Positions 10,293 to 20,412 of a stretch of DNA of 64,000 bases are shown here, piece after piece. Location of the stretch: the NCBI GenBank assembly GCA_019058445.1, contig JAHPZA010000002.1, positions 64,001-128,000 on the forward strand. The letters are read 5' to 3'. Each line of letters opens with the position of its first letter. Position 1 is the first letter of the stretch. A program made the position numbers and the translations under genes. The DNA is from Promethearchaeota archaeon. GTDB lineage: Archaea > Asgardarchaeota > Lokiarchaeia > Sigyniarchaeales > SOKP01. The notes beneath the pieces were generated by a model that saw only the letters and a list, made by a program, of their open reading frames with translations, ran no database searches and was not told where the DNA came from.

Positions 10293-10415
10293 TTAAGGTG
10301 ATCCTTCTCCACAACCAGGGATAGAAACCCCTGCTGCGGCCATACTAAGACCATATGACAGCGTTAATAAGATGGCGAGAGCCACTATTACTTTCTTGGA
10401 ATAAGCTTTAGGCAT
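10293..10415 (-). CDS. Unannotated 40-aa ORF with signal-peptide/TM architecture: MPKAYSKKVIVALAILLTLSYGLSMAAAGVSIPGCGEGSP
   Basis: Hand translation from ATG (10415) to TAA (10293). GC-richer than its flanks; purine-rich AGGTTGGG upstream; T-rich tract downstream. Confidence 0.7.
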   Translation of the reverse strand: MPKAYSKKVIVALAILLTLSYGLSMAAAGVSIPGCGEGSP

Positions 10416-10659
10416 ATGATAACCCAACCTTGTTTATTGATAAATTTTCGTTAAATGAAAAATTAACAGCAATAATTTAATTTTAGTCTATTTAAATGCC
10501 GAAAATTTTGAGAAGGAATTTTACCGCATCACAAAATACTAATTTAAAAAAGACAGGTGAAATTGAGTAAAAATGACAAGACGATATGAAAGAGCAGGTT
10601 TTTTTTAAAAATTAGTCTGACTAAAGATGCTTGTATTAGAAAGTGGAAAGCTCCAGCAA

Positions 10660-11658
10660 TTAACTCATTCCAATTTCTGTTTCAATTAATCTAGTTATTC
10701 CGATATCAAAGAAATTATTGAAACTATTTAAGAAATAGCTAATTATATTTCTAACTTGTTGTTCTTCGATATTTGACTCATTAAATTTAATTTCTTGGAG
10801 TATTATGCGCAATCGAATGAGATATTCTTGAAATTCTGATATTGAGTCTAGATTAATAATATCATAGTTTTTGATGATCTCACTCAGTAAATTGGGGATT
10901 CGTTCTAAAAGTTCTGAGTATTTTTTAATAACTGTGTTTGAAATGAGTTGTAATGTTAATGCCTCATTAATGAAATCACGCACGTAGAGTAAAATCACCC
11001 TATCCCCTAAAAACCTAATAATGGGGAAATTCTTATATCCTTTCGAGATGGGATAATCTGCCAAACCTGTAATAAGGATTCTACGACCCAGACTGTATTT
11101 TCTGTCTATTTCGTCTAATATAAGTTGGTTGTCCTTTCTAATACTGCCTTTAATAATATCAGTTACTACTGTAGTAAACACACTCGATAAATCAGACAAC
11201 ACTTCCGGGAGAGCTGTTTTGGATGTATCAAGTAAAAAATTTATCAGAAATTCGCTATTTTCGTTGATATTTTTGAAATCAATTCCGATAATTTCGCTCC
11301 GTAATGAAACTAATAATTTGTTAACCTCTTCTTGATTATCATCGTTATACTTTATGTAAATCTCGTCTATATTCAATTTAAAAGCACTAATAATTGCTTG
11401 CTTTATTAGATTCATGGACCAAATATTCGCATCAATTCTAAAAATGGTTTTAGCTTTTTCTTTATCAAAAGCCCGGATAATGATCGTCTTTTCGTCTAAA
11501 GGATAGAGAGTCACCTCTGATTTTTCGTCTAAATCTGCGTTTATAGTCCAGTCTTGAGGAAAAGTTATGGCTTTGCTATTGCCTAGCTTAATAACGCTCC
11601 TTACATATTTACTTTTAAGTTTTGGCTTCTCTTCAGACTCTTTTTTAGATTTTGGCAT
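10660..11658 (-). CDS. AbrB-like N-terminal domain regulator of the archaeal PhoU-type family
   Basis: RSVIKLGNSKAITFPQDW..LDEKSEV AbrB/MazE domain followed by a helical region with DEIDRKY. Confidence 0.75.
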   Translation of the reverse strand: MPKSKKESEEKPKLKSKYVRSVIKLGNSKAITFPQDWTINADLDEKSEVTLYPLDEKTIIIRAFDKEKAKTIFRIDANIWSMNLIKQAIISAFKLNIDEIYIKYNDDNQEEVNKLLVSLRSEIIGIDFKNINENSEFLINFLLDTSKTALPEVLSDLSSVFTTVVTDIIKGSIRKDNQLILDEIDRKYSLGRRILITGLADYPISKGYKNFPIIRFLGDRVILLYVRDFINEALTLQLISNTVIKKYSELLERIPNLLSEIIKNYDIINLDSISEFQEYLIRLRIILQEIKFNESNIEEQQVRNIISYFLNSFNNFFDIGITRLIETEIGMS

Positions 11659-11750
11659 AGGGAAAGCAATATAATTTTTATATTATTATATAATTAATAT
11701 AATTCTCTTATCATTATATAAATTTTCATGCCAAATATAAGGAAAAAAAT

Positions 11751-13829
11751 TCATAATTTAAAAACCCGATTGGCTATTTCATCAATTTCAAAAACAAGCT
11801 GCTGATTTTTAGATAAAAATTTGTATGAATTCATAATCGAACGTAAGTTTAGTTCTAATTCTTTTTTTGAATAGAGTTTAAATTTAGGTAAACTAAATTT
11901 GGGAAATAAGAATTTAAACTCTATATTTGGGAGAATTTCTTGTGGATGGGTTAGTAATTTCAATAGATTTGATATTTTAGTATTATCAAAAAGTTCCTTT
12001 ACGTACACTAATCGTACTAATGAATTAGATAAGTTAAGAAAAAAAGTGTGACACATTTCAATTTCCTGAGAACTGAAAAATAACATGTTTTGCTCCATTA
12101 AAATTTGAGATAAGACTTGATTGATCTTACCCAAATAAGAAAGAGATATGGGAAAACTTTCCGGTATGGGCAGTCTTTTGATAAAGCTCCCGTTAAACCT
12201 TAAATATCCGCCGGACATATGCAGAGACCAAAATAAAGCCTTAAAAATAGAATCCATTAATTTCGAGTTGAGGAGAGATAACAGACAAAACAGTTTATTT
12301 GTAGTAAATGATGGAATTGTTATGAAATAGAGCCCAGTGATGTTTGTAAAAACCCCCGGATCGTATAACGCCGTTAAACTTTTTGCAATTTCCCTAAAAA
12401 TTAATTTTTCACTGCTTAAATCTTGCCAAATATCTTTAAACACCTCATTATACTTAAAGTAAGAAATAGCGATGTCCCTTTTAGCTATTCGAATTCTTTT
12501 CTGAAAATCTATGTGAAATTGTTTAACATTACCAGTTCCTAAAAGGAGTAAGTCATTCTGGGAACTTTTAGTTTCACTAACGTTCTTAAAATGTTTTTCC
12601 CATTGTAAAAAGCCAAAAGGTCTATATATGATTTTCAAATCGTTAATTACTTGAGACATAGGTTTAAAATTCGAGAAGATATATTGCATGAGTTCAATAT
12701 TACCAAATATGGGAATAACTTTTGATGGAAACGTATTAATCCAGTGTTGACTCACTATTTTTGAATTCATAAAATTATACTTAACCATATCATCCAGAGT
12801 TTCGCAATTCTGAATAGTAAATTTAGTACGATTATTGGAACTTTTTTTTCTGAAAGAGAGAATGATTGGATATATCGCAGCTTTGGCAAAGACAGGCAAT
12901 GAAGATATATTGATTATTTCTTTAATTTCAGTATTTTGAAGCAAAATCGTCCTTATTTTTATCCCATAATCGGCTGCCAAAAATTTATTAGTCATCAGAA
13001 ATGAAAGGTATCCATAATTCTCTTTTAGCATTTCTAAGGATTTTTCAAGAAATACAATTGAGAGATCATAGAGTCGATAGGCAGATGTGAATCTTTTTTT
13101 TACCTTTTTTTTAAAATTCATATCTTTAATTTTTTTATTTTCGATATAAGGGGGATTTCCAAGAATGATATCAAATTTCTCATGAGGATTGAATTCTAAA
13201 AGAAAATCTGAGTTATAGATATGAAAGGAGATCTCAGCATTATTTAAAATTTCATCGAGGGTCGCATTTTTTAGTGATATAAATTTCGGGTCGATATCGG
13301 ATGATGTTTTGGGTGATGTATCTGATAAATACCATGAAAGTAATCGTATTTTGCAAATATTATGAGCTGGTATATCAAGATCCACACCATACAAGATGTT
13401 TTGAATGATATTTTTTTTGATTTCAACTTCTTCGAGATCTGGTGTGAGCAGCTTGTATATGTTTAAGATTAGCTTTCCCGCAGAAATTAAAAATCTCCCA
13501 GAGCCACATGCGGGATCCATAATTTTAATATGTTCAATTCTACGAGTTAATACTTTTTTCATTTCTGGATGTCGTTCAAATATCGAAGAGAGTGCTTTAA
13601 GATCTCTTGGATTAGTAAGGAGTATATCATCTTTTAAACCAAATTCTTCAAACATATCTTTAAGATAGATGCGAAAGAGATTTCTTATAATAAATTCTGC
13701 CATCTGACTTGGGGTATATACGCTTCCAGAATATTGCCCACTTTCTTTTTCTCTTAATATTTTGTTTTCAAACTTATCCACTACCTCATTAAAGAAAGCG
13801 ATAATTTTTCTAGAACTGAGATTTTTCAT
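11751..13829 (-). CDS. N6-adenine DNA methyltransferase (Eco57I/TaqI-like, gamma order); no cognate endonuclease seen
   Basis: GSVYTP, DPACGSG, FDIILGNPPY and a C-terminal TaqI-like target-recognition region. Confidence 0.85.
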   Translation of the reverse strand: MKNLSSRKIIAFFNEVVDKFENKILREKESGQYSGSVYTPSQMAEFIIRNLFRIYLKDMFEEFGLKDDILLTNPRDLKALSSIFERHPEMKKVLTRRIEHIKIMDPACGSGRFLISAGKLILNIYKLLTPDLEEVEIKKNIIQNILYGVDLDIPAHNICKIRLLSWYLSDTSPKTSSDIDPKFISLKNATLDEILNNAEISFHIYNSDFLLEFNPHEKFDIILGNPPYIENKKIKDMNFKKKVKKRFTSAYRLYDLSIVFLEKSLEMLKENYGYLSFLMTNKFLAADYGIKIRTILLQNTEIKEIINISSLPVFAKAAIYPIILSFRKKSSNNRTKFTIQNCETLDDMVKYNFMNSKIVSQHWINTFPSKVIPIFGNIELMQYIFSNFKPMSQVINDLKIIYRPFGFLQWEKHFKNVSETKSSQNDLLLLGTGNVKQFHIDFQKRIRIAKRDIAISYFKYNEVFKDIWQDLSSEKLIFREIAKSLTALYDPGVFTNITGLYFITIPSFTTNKLFCLLSLLNSKLMDSIFKALFWSLHMSGGYLRFNGSFIKRLPIPESFPISLSYLGKINQVLSQILMEQNMLFFSSQEIEMCHTFFLNLSNSLVRLVYVKELFDNTKISNLLKLLTHPQEILPNIEFKFLFPKFSLPKFKLYSKKELELNLRSIMNSYKFLSKNQQLVFEIDEIANRVFKL

Positions 13830-13909
13830 TGAAATCTAATAAAAATATAATACTTTTTCACTTGATTGAGTATAATTTGTTTTTAATTTAGGTTTTCTTA
13901 TATATATAT

Positions 13910-14812
13910 ATGATTGATGGTTCATTAGTACAAAAATTACTTAAAAATCCAGAAGAAATTTCCAAGTTAACATTGCACGATATTTCTCAGATTTTGAGAG
14001 ATGCAAAAGGATTATTTGAGAATGAAACCCTATTATTAGAGTTTACTATTGGGGAAAAAGAGGAAATTTATGTACTTGGAGATATTCATGGAAATATGCA
14101 ATCTTTACTGAAATTAGTAGAGCTTATTAACAAAAATAATCCAAAATTCGTTATATTTTTAGGAGATATAGTGGATCGTGGACCAAAACAATTAGAGTGC
14201 TTAATATACGTTTTGCTGTTAAAGATTCTCAAACCTCAAACCTTTTATATTTTAAGAGGGAATCACGAAACCTTAGAAATGAACCAAGCATATGGTTTTT
14301 TTTATGAATTTTCCCAGAAATTTGAGAATTATGAGGCATTTAAAGAAATTCTGGCCGTTTATGACGTACTTCCGATATGTTCGATTATTAATAATAGTAT
14401 CCTATGTTTACATGGGGGAATCCCTGAAGATGGTGGTATTTTAAAAAAATTGAAAGGCCTAAAACCACAAGATATTGACACATCAACTTTAGAATCTATC
14501 GCACTGGGAATTTTTCAAATCATGTGGAATGATCCAAAGCCTGGTTTAGGAGGTTTTATGAGAAGTTATAGAGGTCCTGGTATAAAATTTTTTGGACAAG
14601 AGGCTTTTAATAGGTTTATGGTAGAAAATAACTTAAAATATCTTATAAGAGCACACGAGTGTTTTCCAGAGGGTTATGTATGGTTTTTTAATTATCGTTT
14701 GTTATCTATATTCTCTTCTGCTAATTATCGGGGAGATTATTCTCCAAATCCAGCTAGTTATGCAATAGTAAAAGATAATGATGTAATTCCAAAAAACATA
14801 GAACTTTTATAA
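13910..14812 (+). CDS. PPP-family Ser/Thr protein phosphatase
   Basis: GDIHG, GDIVDRG, RGNHE, HGG, WNDP, RAHE and FSSANY motifs. Confidence 0.92.
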   Translation: MIDGSLVQKLLKNPEEISKLTLHDISQILRDAKGLFENETLLLEFTIGEKEEIYVLGDIHGNMQSLLKLVELINKNNPKFVIFLGDIVDRGPKQLECLIYVLLLKILKPQTFYILRGNHETLEMNQAYGFFYEFSQKFENYEAFKEILAVYDVLPICSIINNSILCLHGGIPEDGGILKKLKGLKPQDIDTSTLESIALGIFQIMWNDPKPGLGGFMRSYRGPGIKFFGQEAFNRFMVENNLKYLIRAHECFPEGYVWFFNYRLLSIFSSANYRGDYSPNPASYAIVKDNDVIPKNIELL

Positions 14813-15226
14813 AACTAATTCTGGAAAATTTAGAACAACTTCAGGATATTTTTTAATTTCTTCTTTCCATCTATCGTTTAAATCAAGATCAGGTGTTAAC
14901 TTTAAGGAATTTATGGTTTCTTGAGTGGGAACATATATCAAGGCGTTCGACCTCTTGTTATTTTTTAAGATAATTTCTATTTCATAGCGTTCATAAAGAC
15001 CAGAATGAAGTCCTTCATAATAATCTAATTCAATGAGCTGCTCCTGATTTACATCAAATTTAAGAGCCCAAAAAGAAGAATTCCTTAATGGTAAAACAAA
15101 TGGAAACCAATTTCCTTTAGGAAAAATTCGTATAAAATTAGGAACTTTGCATACTTCTACATTATTTTTTTCTTTCCAATGCCCCCGTGTGATAAAAGTT
15201 CCATAACCGATAACGGAAATACTCAT
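14807..15226 (-). CDS. Gamma-glutamylcyclotransferase family protein
   Basis: N-terminal GYGT and LDYYEG...YER motifs. Confidence 0.75.
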   Translation of the reverse strand: MSISVIGYGTFITRGHWKEKNNVEVCKVPNFIRIFPKGNWFPFVLPLRNSSFWALKFDVNQEQLIELDYYEGLHSGLYERYEIEIILKNNKRSNALIYVPTQETINSLKLTPDLDLNDRWKEEIKKYPEVVLNFPELVL

Positions 15227-15339
15227 TATTAGATTTTTAGTCTATTGTAAATTCTTTATGATCTGTAAAATGAAAAGGTTTTTGAGAGAGATAAAATCCA
15301 GTATAGTTAAATAACCAAAAAAAATAATTTTATCAAATA

Positions 15340-15600
15340 TTAATAGATTTCGCTTGCATCTGGTTTTACAAATAAGAGATTATTACCCCTAATAAAGATT
15401 TCATTATACTTTGCCACAGGGGATCCATCCATGATTTCAGTGGCATCTTCCAAAATCATGTTCATATAAGCGTCAATTTCTTTTAACAATCCACGATATT
15501 CTGTGCCGTCCTTTAATCTTAGCAAAATTTTAGATTTTTGGGCGTTTTGTAATATGTGTAATGGATTTTTTGATTTCTGTTGTGAGTTATTTCTCGACAT
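15340..15600 (-). CDS. Sm-like (LSm) RNA-binding protein
   Basis: Sm1 motif LKDG..YRG.L...D.YMN and Sm2 motif IFIRGNN. Confidence 0.95.
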   Translation of the reverse strand: MSRNNSQQKSKNPLHILQNAQKSKILLRLKDGTEYRGLLKEIDAYMNMILEDATEIMDGSPVAKYNEIFIRGNNLLFVKPDASEIY

Positions 15601-15782
15601 ATTAAATGTTTACCTTTAACAAAATAAATTAATTATAATTATAAACGTATAAAATTCTAATCTAGAAAAAACCAATTCTAAATTAAAACCTTTTGATTAT
15701 TTTTTAATGAGATTCTTAAAAAAGATCACAAAAATTTAATTTTCACTTATCATAGACTTAATGGAAAATTAAGAAATTAAAA

Positions 15783-16370
15783 ATGAAACCTGTAAAAAAT
15801 AACAAGAAACGAGAGATCATAGATAAATATAATCAAACGTCAGAGTTTTATGATAGACGGTATGAAAAAATTCAAGAAGATAAATACCGTTTAATTTTAA
15901 ACGATATAAGGATTAACGAGAAGGTTATTTTAGATACAGGTTGTGGTACAGGACTTTTATTTGATTATATGAAGAGCTCATTTGAAAATCTTTTTAACCA
16001 TGATTATCATTATGTGGGAGTGGATATTTCAATTAACATGCTAAAAAGGTTCTACTTCAAAATTGATCAAAAAGCCAAAAATATTGATTTAATCTTGTCT
16101 GATTTAGAGAATTTACCTTTGAGGGACAATACGTTTGATTTATTATTTTCATTTACATCTTTACAAAACTTACCGGATATCATTCAAGGAATAAGAGAAT
16201 CATTTAGAGTAGTAAAAAATGGTGCAGAAGTACATTTCTCTATTTTAAAGAAACGATTAAATAAAAAAAAGCTAATAAGCATAATAGAACATAAATTAAA
16301 GCATATGAAAATTATAGAGAGAGAATCCATTGAGGACACACTGTTTACAGGAATAACTTTAAAAAAATAA
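15783..16370 (+). CDS. Class I SAM-dependent methyltransferase
   Basis: LDTGCGTG, GVDIS and LPLRDNTFD motifs. Confidence 0.85.
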   Translation: MKPVKNNKKREIIDKYNQTSEFYDRRYEKIQEDKYRLILNDIRINEKVILDTGCGTGLLFDYMKSSFENLFNHDYHYVGVDISINMLKRFYFKIDQKAKNIDLILSDLENLPLRDNTFDLLFSFTSLQNLPDIIQGIRESFRVVKNGAEVHFSILKKRLNKKKLISIIEHKLKHMKIIERESIEDTLFTGITLKK

Positions 16371-17261
16371 AAACCTTTTTTTCTTCTTCTGATAAAAAGT
16401 CTCTATAATTTCATTTACATTGCTCTCAATATTGAATTTTTTTTGAAAATAATTACACACATTTTCAATGTCTCGTCGTAGAATACTTTGAGCATTTGGA
16501 TGATCACTTGGTATCCATTGCAGCCAATCAATTATGAGAATATTACCAACCTCATCCACAACTATGTTAAATTCTCCAAGGTCCCCATGGATCATATTAG
16601 CGTTTTGGAAAATAATTCTTGCTTGATCAATTATTTTATTAAATATATAAAGCGGATCATCAATATGTTTATAATAAGAGAGTTCTTTTCCCCTTAAATA
16701 TTCCATTACCACAATATGTCGATTATATCCTATTGGTTTAGGGGTATTTAAGTTAAGAGCATATATGTTTTTTAATGCTTCATATTCTCTTTTAGCTGCA
16801 AGTCTATTTACATAAAGCCATGAAAAATGAGCTCTCTCTCCGATAAGATCTCTATACTTTTTTATGTTTTTAAAACTCGTTCTACCCATCCGGTACAACT
16901 TAAGAGCGTATATATTTTCATCATCATCCATACAACTATATACATCAGATTCCTTTCCCTTTCCTAATAAGGGTCCCAGCTGGCTTACAATATTCTTTTC
17001 TACTAAAGTATGTAGTGCTAATAAATCATATCCTATAGAATTAAGGGTGTAACCCACTTCACTTTTAGAAGAATCTCGAATTATTAAATCAAATTTATGT
17101 ACTTTCTTTAAACGATAAAGAGTCTCTTCCATTTTATATCGAGAATAGAATTTGATATCATTAATTTTAACAAATTCTGATCTCTTCATTCCTATTTCAA
17201 TTGATTGAAGGATTCTTAAATCTTCTTTCTCAAGTTCGGTCAGTAGTTTTGCAGCTTCAAT
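16359..17261 (-). CDS. rio2: RIO2 serine/threonine kinase
   Basis: GKGKESDVY, HGDLGEFN and IIDW motifs. The Rio2 wHTH signature EDLRILQSIEIGMK extends upstream of ATG 17189 to ATT 17261, and an in-frame TAG lies two codons further up. Confidence 0.88.
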   Translation of the reverse strand: MEAAKLLTELEKEDLRILQSIEIGMKRSEFVKINDIKFYSRYKMEETLYRLKKVHKFDLIIRDSSKSEVGYTLNSIGYDLLALHTLVEKNIVSQLGPLLGKGKESDVYSCMDDDENIYALKLYRMGRTSFKNIKKYRDLIGERAHFSWLYVNRLAAKREYEALKNIYALNLNTPKPIGYNRHIVVMEYLRGKELSYYKHIDDPLYIFNKIIDQARIIFQNANMIHGDLGEFNIVVDEVGNILIIDWLQWIPSDHPNAQSILRRDIENVCNYFQKKFNIESNVNEIIETFYQKKKKRFLFF

Positions 17262-17360
17262 AAACTAATGGTAAGTTTGTTACTTTAAAAGATTTATTGA
17301 TCTGAATAAAACAATTACGCAAACCAAATTTAAAATAGTATAAAGAGCCCACAAATAAAC

Positions 17361-18140
17361 TCAAAAAATATATTCACGATATTTTCTAACAAAGATAGCT
17401 AACTTATAAGTACTCGGAACTAAATACATAATTTCTGCCAATAGTATTGTAATAAAAAACCAATTAACATCAGATCGAGCTATCACATAAAAAGAAGAGC
17501 TTGATCTTTCATCAAATAAGAAGAGATATATTCCTTGATTGAGATAAAGGATTATTCCTATACAGATTATAATTCCAGCACTCGAAAATACAATAACTTG
17601 ATGCTCACTTTCCAAAATCCCAATGCCAAGATTAATAACAAAAAGAATTAAGGTAATTATAATTAAATACTGGGTTATATTTATCCATGTCTCGTAATTT
17701 GCTGGTTTTATGGCAATAGTGCCGTTCCAATCTAATAATTCAGCGTGTCGCATTACATTTAAGAGAGATAAGGCAGAGAGGGTAATAATTGCCAATGTTG
17801 AGATGAAAAATATTTTAATAGAAAAGAGTCGAGTAAATTGTAGAAAATCATCATCATCACTCTCAATTGATGCTAACATCGTATCTATTTTCTTTTTAAT
17901 TTGTGGTGGAATCTTTTTCTGAAGTTTAATCAATTTTAGATTCAAATTTGGATAATTTGATAATAATTTTTCAATTAAATTGCATCCTTTTTCAAGTCGT
18001 TCAGGAGAACTTTTTGGTCCATTCCATAAATAAAGATTTTGCTTATCCTCATCTAAAATTGCGCAGAGATCATGCAATAACAAGGATTCTTCCTCGAGCC
18101 AAGCTTTTTTATCTTCGTCAAAAATATAAGTCCTTAGCAT
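17361..18140 (-). CDS. Gelsolin-like N-terminal domain fused to about 4 TM helices
   Basis: DLCAILDE....LYLWNGPKSS matches the gelsolin-repeat core (ILD...YxWxG..SS); hydrophobic C-terminal half. Confidence 0.6.
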   Translation of the reverse strand: MLRTYIFDEDKKAWLEEESLLLHDLCAILDEDKQNLYLWNGPKSSPERLEKGCNLIEKLLSNYPNLNLKLIKLQKKIPPQIKKKIDTMLASIESDDDDFLQFTRLFSIKIFFISTLAIITLSALSLLNVMRHAELLDWNGTIAIKPANYETWINITQYLIIITLILFVINLGIGILESEHQVIVFSSAGIIICIGIILYLNQGIYLFLFDERSSSSFYVIARSDVNWFFITILLAEIMYLVPSTYKLAIFVRKYREYIF

Positions 18141-18196
18141 TACTATTCAAATAATTATAATATGCAAATTTTTTATGTTTTTTGCTATAAAATATT

Positions 18197-18227
18197 GAAA
18201 AAAAGGGTATTCTACTACTAGTAGAAT
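18197..18227 (-). terminator. Candidate terminator of the por operon
   Basis: 9-bp inverted repeat ATTCTACTA-N-TAGTAGAAT (18209-18227) followed on the minus strand by ACCC and a T7 tract, just after the porB stop. Confidence 0.5.
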
Positions 18228-18238
18228 GGTAATAATTA

Positions 18239-19135
18239 TTAAGATTCTATTCTGTTCTTAATCTCATTCCACAGATCATCAATATATTTCCTGTAGACTT
18301 CAATTTCTTTTTGAGAAATTTTATTAAATCTTTTTTGAGTGTTAAAGTACTCTTCAATAGGTTTTCGTTTGGAAGGATCTAAATTTTTTTTACTGTCTTT
18401 TGATAAAATAAACTTCCCGTTGATTATTTCATAGAGCGGCCAAAATCCCGTATCATTTGCTAACTTACCTATTTTTATGGTATCTTTAGGATCATAACCC
18501 CATCCAGGGGGACAGGCAGAGAGAATATGGATATATTTAGCTCCTTTTATTTCTCGAGCTTTTTGAAATTTTTCGTATAAATCGAGAGGATATGAACCAT
18601 TGGCTGTTCCAACATACGGAATCCCATGAGCTTCTAATATTTTAGGCATATTTTTTTTAGCTCTAATCTTTCCACCGGGAGTTGTCGCTGTAAATGCCCC
18701 TAGAGGTGTAGATCCACTTCTTTGAACCCCTGTATTCATATAAGCCTCGTTATCATAGCAAGCATAAATAAAGTTAGTACCTCTCTCTACAGCTCCGCTT
18801 AGCGCTTGAATACCAATATCGGCAGTACCACCATCACCCGCGAATGCTACAACGCAAATATCATCTGCTAATCCTTTTTCTTCTAAAGAGGCAACGATTC
18901 CCGAGGCTGATGCTCCTGTAGTCGCAAAAGGTGTATGAAGCACAGATACTTTAGTCGTGCAAAAACCTTGCATTCCATGAAGAACTGTAAGACAGGAAGC
19001 AGGTACAGTCATTATAGTCTTGGGTCCAAGAGCCTTAAGAGCTATTCGATATATTAAGGCCATTGCGCATCCAGAACACATTCTCGTTCCTGGGTTTATA
19101 AATTCTTCTTCTCGAACATCCATAACATTTACCAT
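18239..19135 (-). CDS. porB: Pyruvate/2-oxoacid:ferredoxin oxidoreductase beta subunit
   Basis: CSGC, TPP-binding GDGG...DNEAYMNTG.QRS, CPPGW. Confidence 0.9.
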   Translation of the reverse strand: MVNVMDVREEEFINPGTRMCSGCAMALIYRIALKALGPKTIMTVPASCLTVLHGMQGFCTTKVSVLHTPFATTGASASGIVASLEEKGLADDICVVAFAGDGGTADIGIQALSGAVERGTNFIYACYDNEAYMNTGVQRSGSTPLGAFTATTPGGKIRAKKNMPKILEAHGIPYVGTANGSYPLDLYEKFQKAREIKGAKYIHILSACPPGWGYDPKDTIKIGKLANDTGFWPLYEIINGKFILSKDSKKNLDPSKRKPIEEYFNTQKRFNKISQKEIEVYRKYIDDLWNEIKNRIES

Positions 19136-19149
19136 CTTTTACACCTCCT

Positions 19150-20412
19150 TTAATCTAAAAAATCTAGTTCATCTAGTTTCAAACCATAATATTCTGTTTC
19201 AGAAGTGATTTCTCCTTTATCAGACAAGTCAAAAGCTCTATGAACACCTTCTATAATATGATCTCCTTTAACATCTCTACCACCTAGACCAACAATGAAT
19301 CCTTTTATAAAAGGAGGATCTTTTACGCCATAAAGTGCTGCTTTTAATTCATAGCATAATACTCCTTCATAGCCATATCCTATCGCTCTGTCAAAAACTA
19401 CAATATTCTTTTTATTTTTAAGAAATTCTCTTAGATACTTCACTGGAAAAGGTCTAAATAATCTTAAGGTAACTAATCCTATTTTCAGTCCTTCATCTCG
19501 AAGTTTTTCTATCACTGTTCTCACTTGTGCTGATACAGAACCCATTGCAAAAATTATAGTGTCCGCATCCTCAGTTTTATATGTTTTAAATAATCCGTTC
19601 CCGTAGGATCTGCCAAATTTTGCAGCGTACTCGTCATGTACTTCTTTTATTACATCAATAGAATTTTCTAATGCTTTTTGTAGCGCATATCTAAATTCAA
19701 AATACCCCGGAGCCGTGCCTTCTTCTCTTTTTATAATATTTGGGGTGGTTACTGGTCCAACTCCTTTAACTTGAGAAATATCTGAGAGGTTAATATGATG
19801 GTTTAATGGGGGTAAAAAATCATCAATATCTTCTTGATTTTCCAATTGAACAGGCATTAAAGTATGAGATAATAAATAGCCATCATATGCAACAATTGTT
19901 GGAATATATACACGCGGATCTTCAGCAATTTTAAATGCTTGGAAATTAGTATCGTAGATCTCTTGATTATCTTCGCACATAAACTGTATCCAACCTACAT
20001 CTCTCGCTGCTATGAAATCAGAATGATCGTCCCAGATACTCCATGGAGCTCCACAGCTTCTAGTAGCCAAATTTATTACAATGGGTAATCTGGTTCCTGC
20101 TGCCCAGGGCAACATTTCATACATTAGCATAAGACCATGCGCTGATGTGGCTGTTCCTACTCTTGAGCCTGTCGCTGATGCAGCACAACAAGCAGCCGCC
20201 GCAGAATGTTCAGATTCAACTAATAAAAATTGTGCTTTGAGTTTTCCATCACGAATGTATTCAGATATTTTTTCTACTACTGGACTTTGAGGTGTTATCG
20301 GATAAGCAGATACAACTCCTACTCTAGATTGCATATAAGCATAAGCTGCTGCGTGATTTCCAGTCATAATTTTGATGTTTTTCTCTTTATCTTGTATTTC
20401 AGTTTGAGTCAT
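19150..20412 (-). CDS. porA: Pyruvate/2-oxoacid:ferredoxin oxidoreductase alpha subunit
   Basis: AYPITPQ, ESEHSA, ATSAHG and GLGGRD motifs. Confidence 0.92.
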   Translation of the reverse strand: MTQTEIQDKEKNIKIMTGNHAAAYAYMQSRVGVVSAYPITPQSPVVEKISEYIRDGKLKAQFLLVESEHSAAAACCAASATGSRVGTATSAHGLMLMYEMLPWAAGTRLPIVINLATRSCGAPWSIWDDHSDFIAARDVGWIQFMCEDNQEIYDTNFQAFKIAEDPRVYIPTIVAYDGYLLSHTLMPVQLENQEDIDDFLPPLNHHINLSDISQVKGVGPVTTPNIIKREEGTAPGYFEFRYALQKALENSIDVIKEVHDEYAAKFGRSYGNGLFKTYKTEDADTIIFAMGSVSAQVRTVIEKLRDEGLKIGLVTLRLFRPFPVKYLREFLKNKKNIVVFDRAIGYGYEGVLCYELKAALYGVKDPPFIKGFIVGLGGRDVKGDHIIEGVHRAFDLSDKGEITSETEYYGLKLDELDFLD

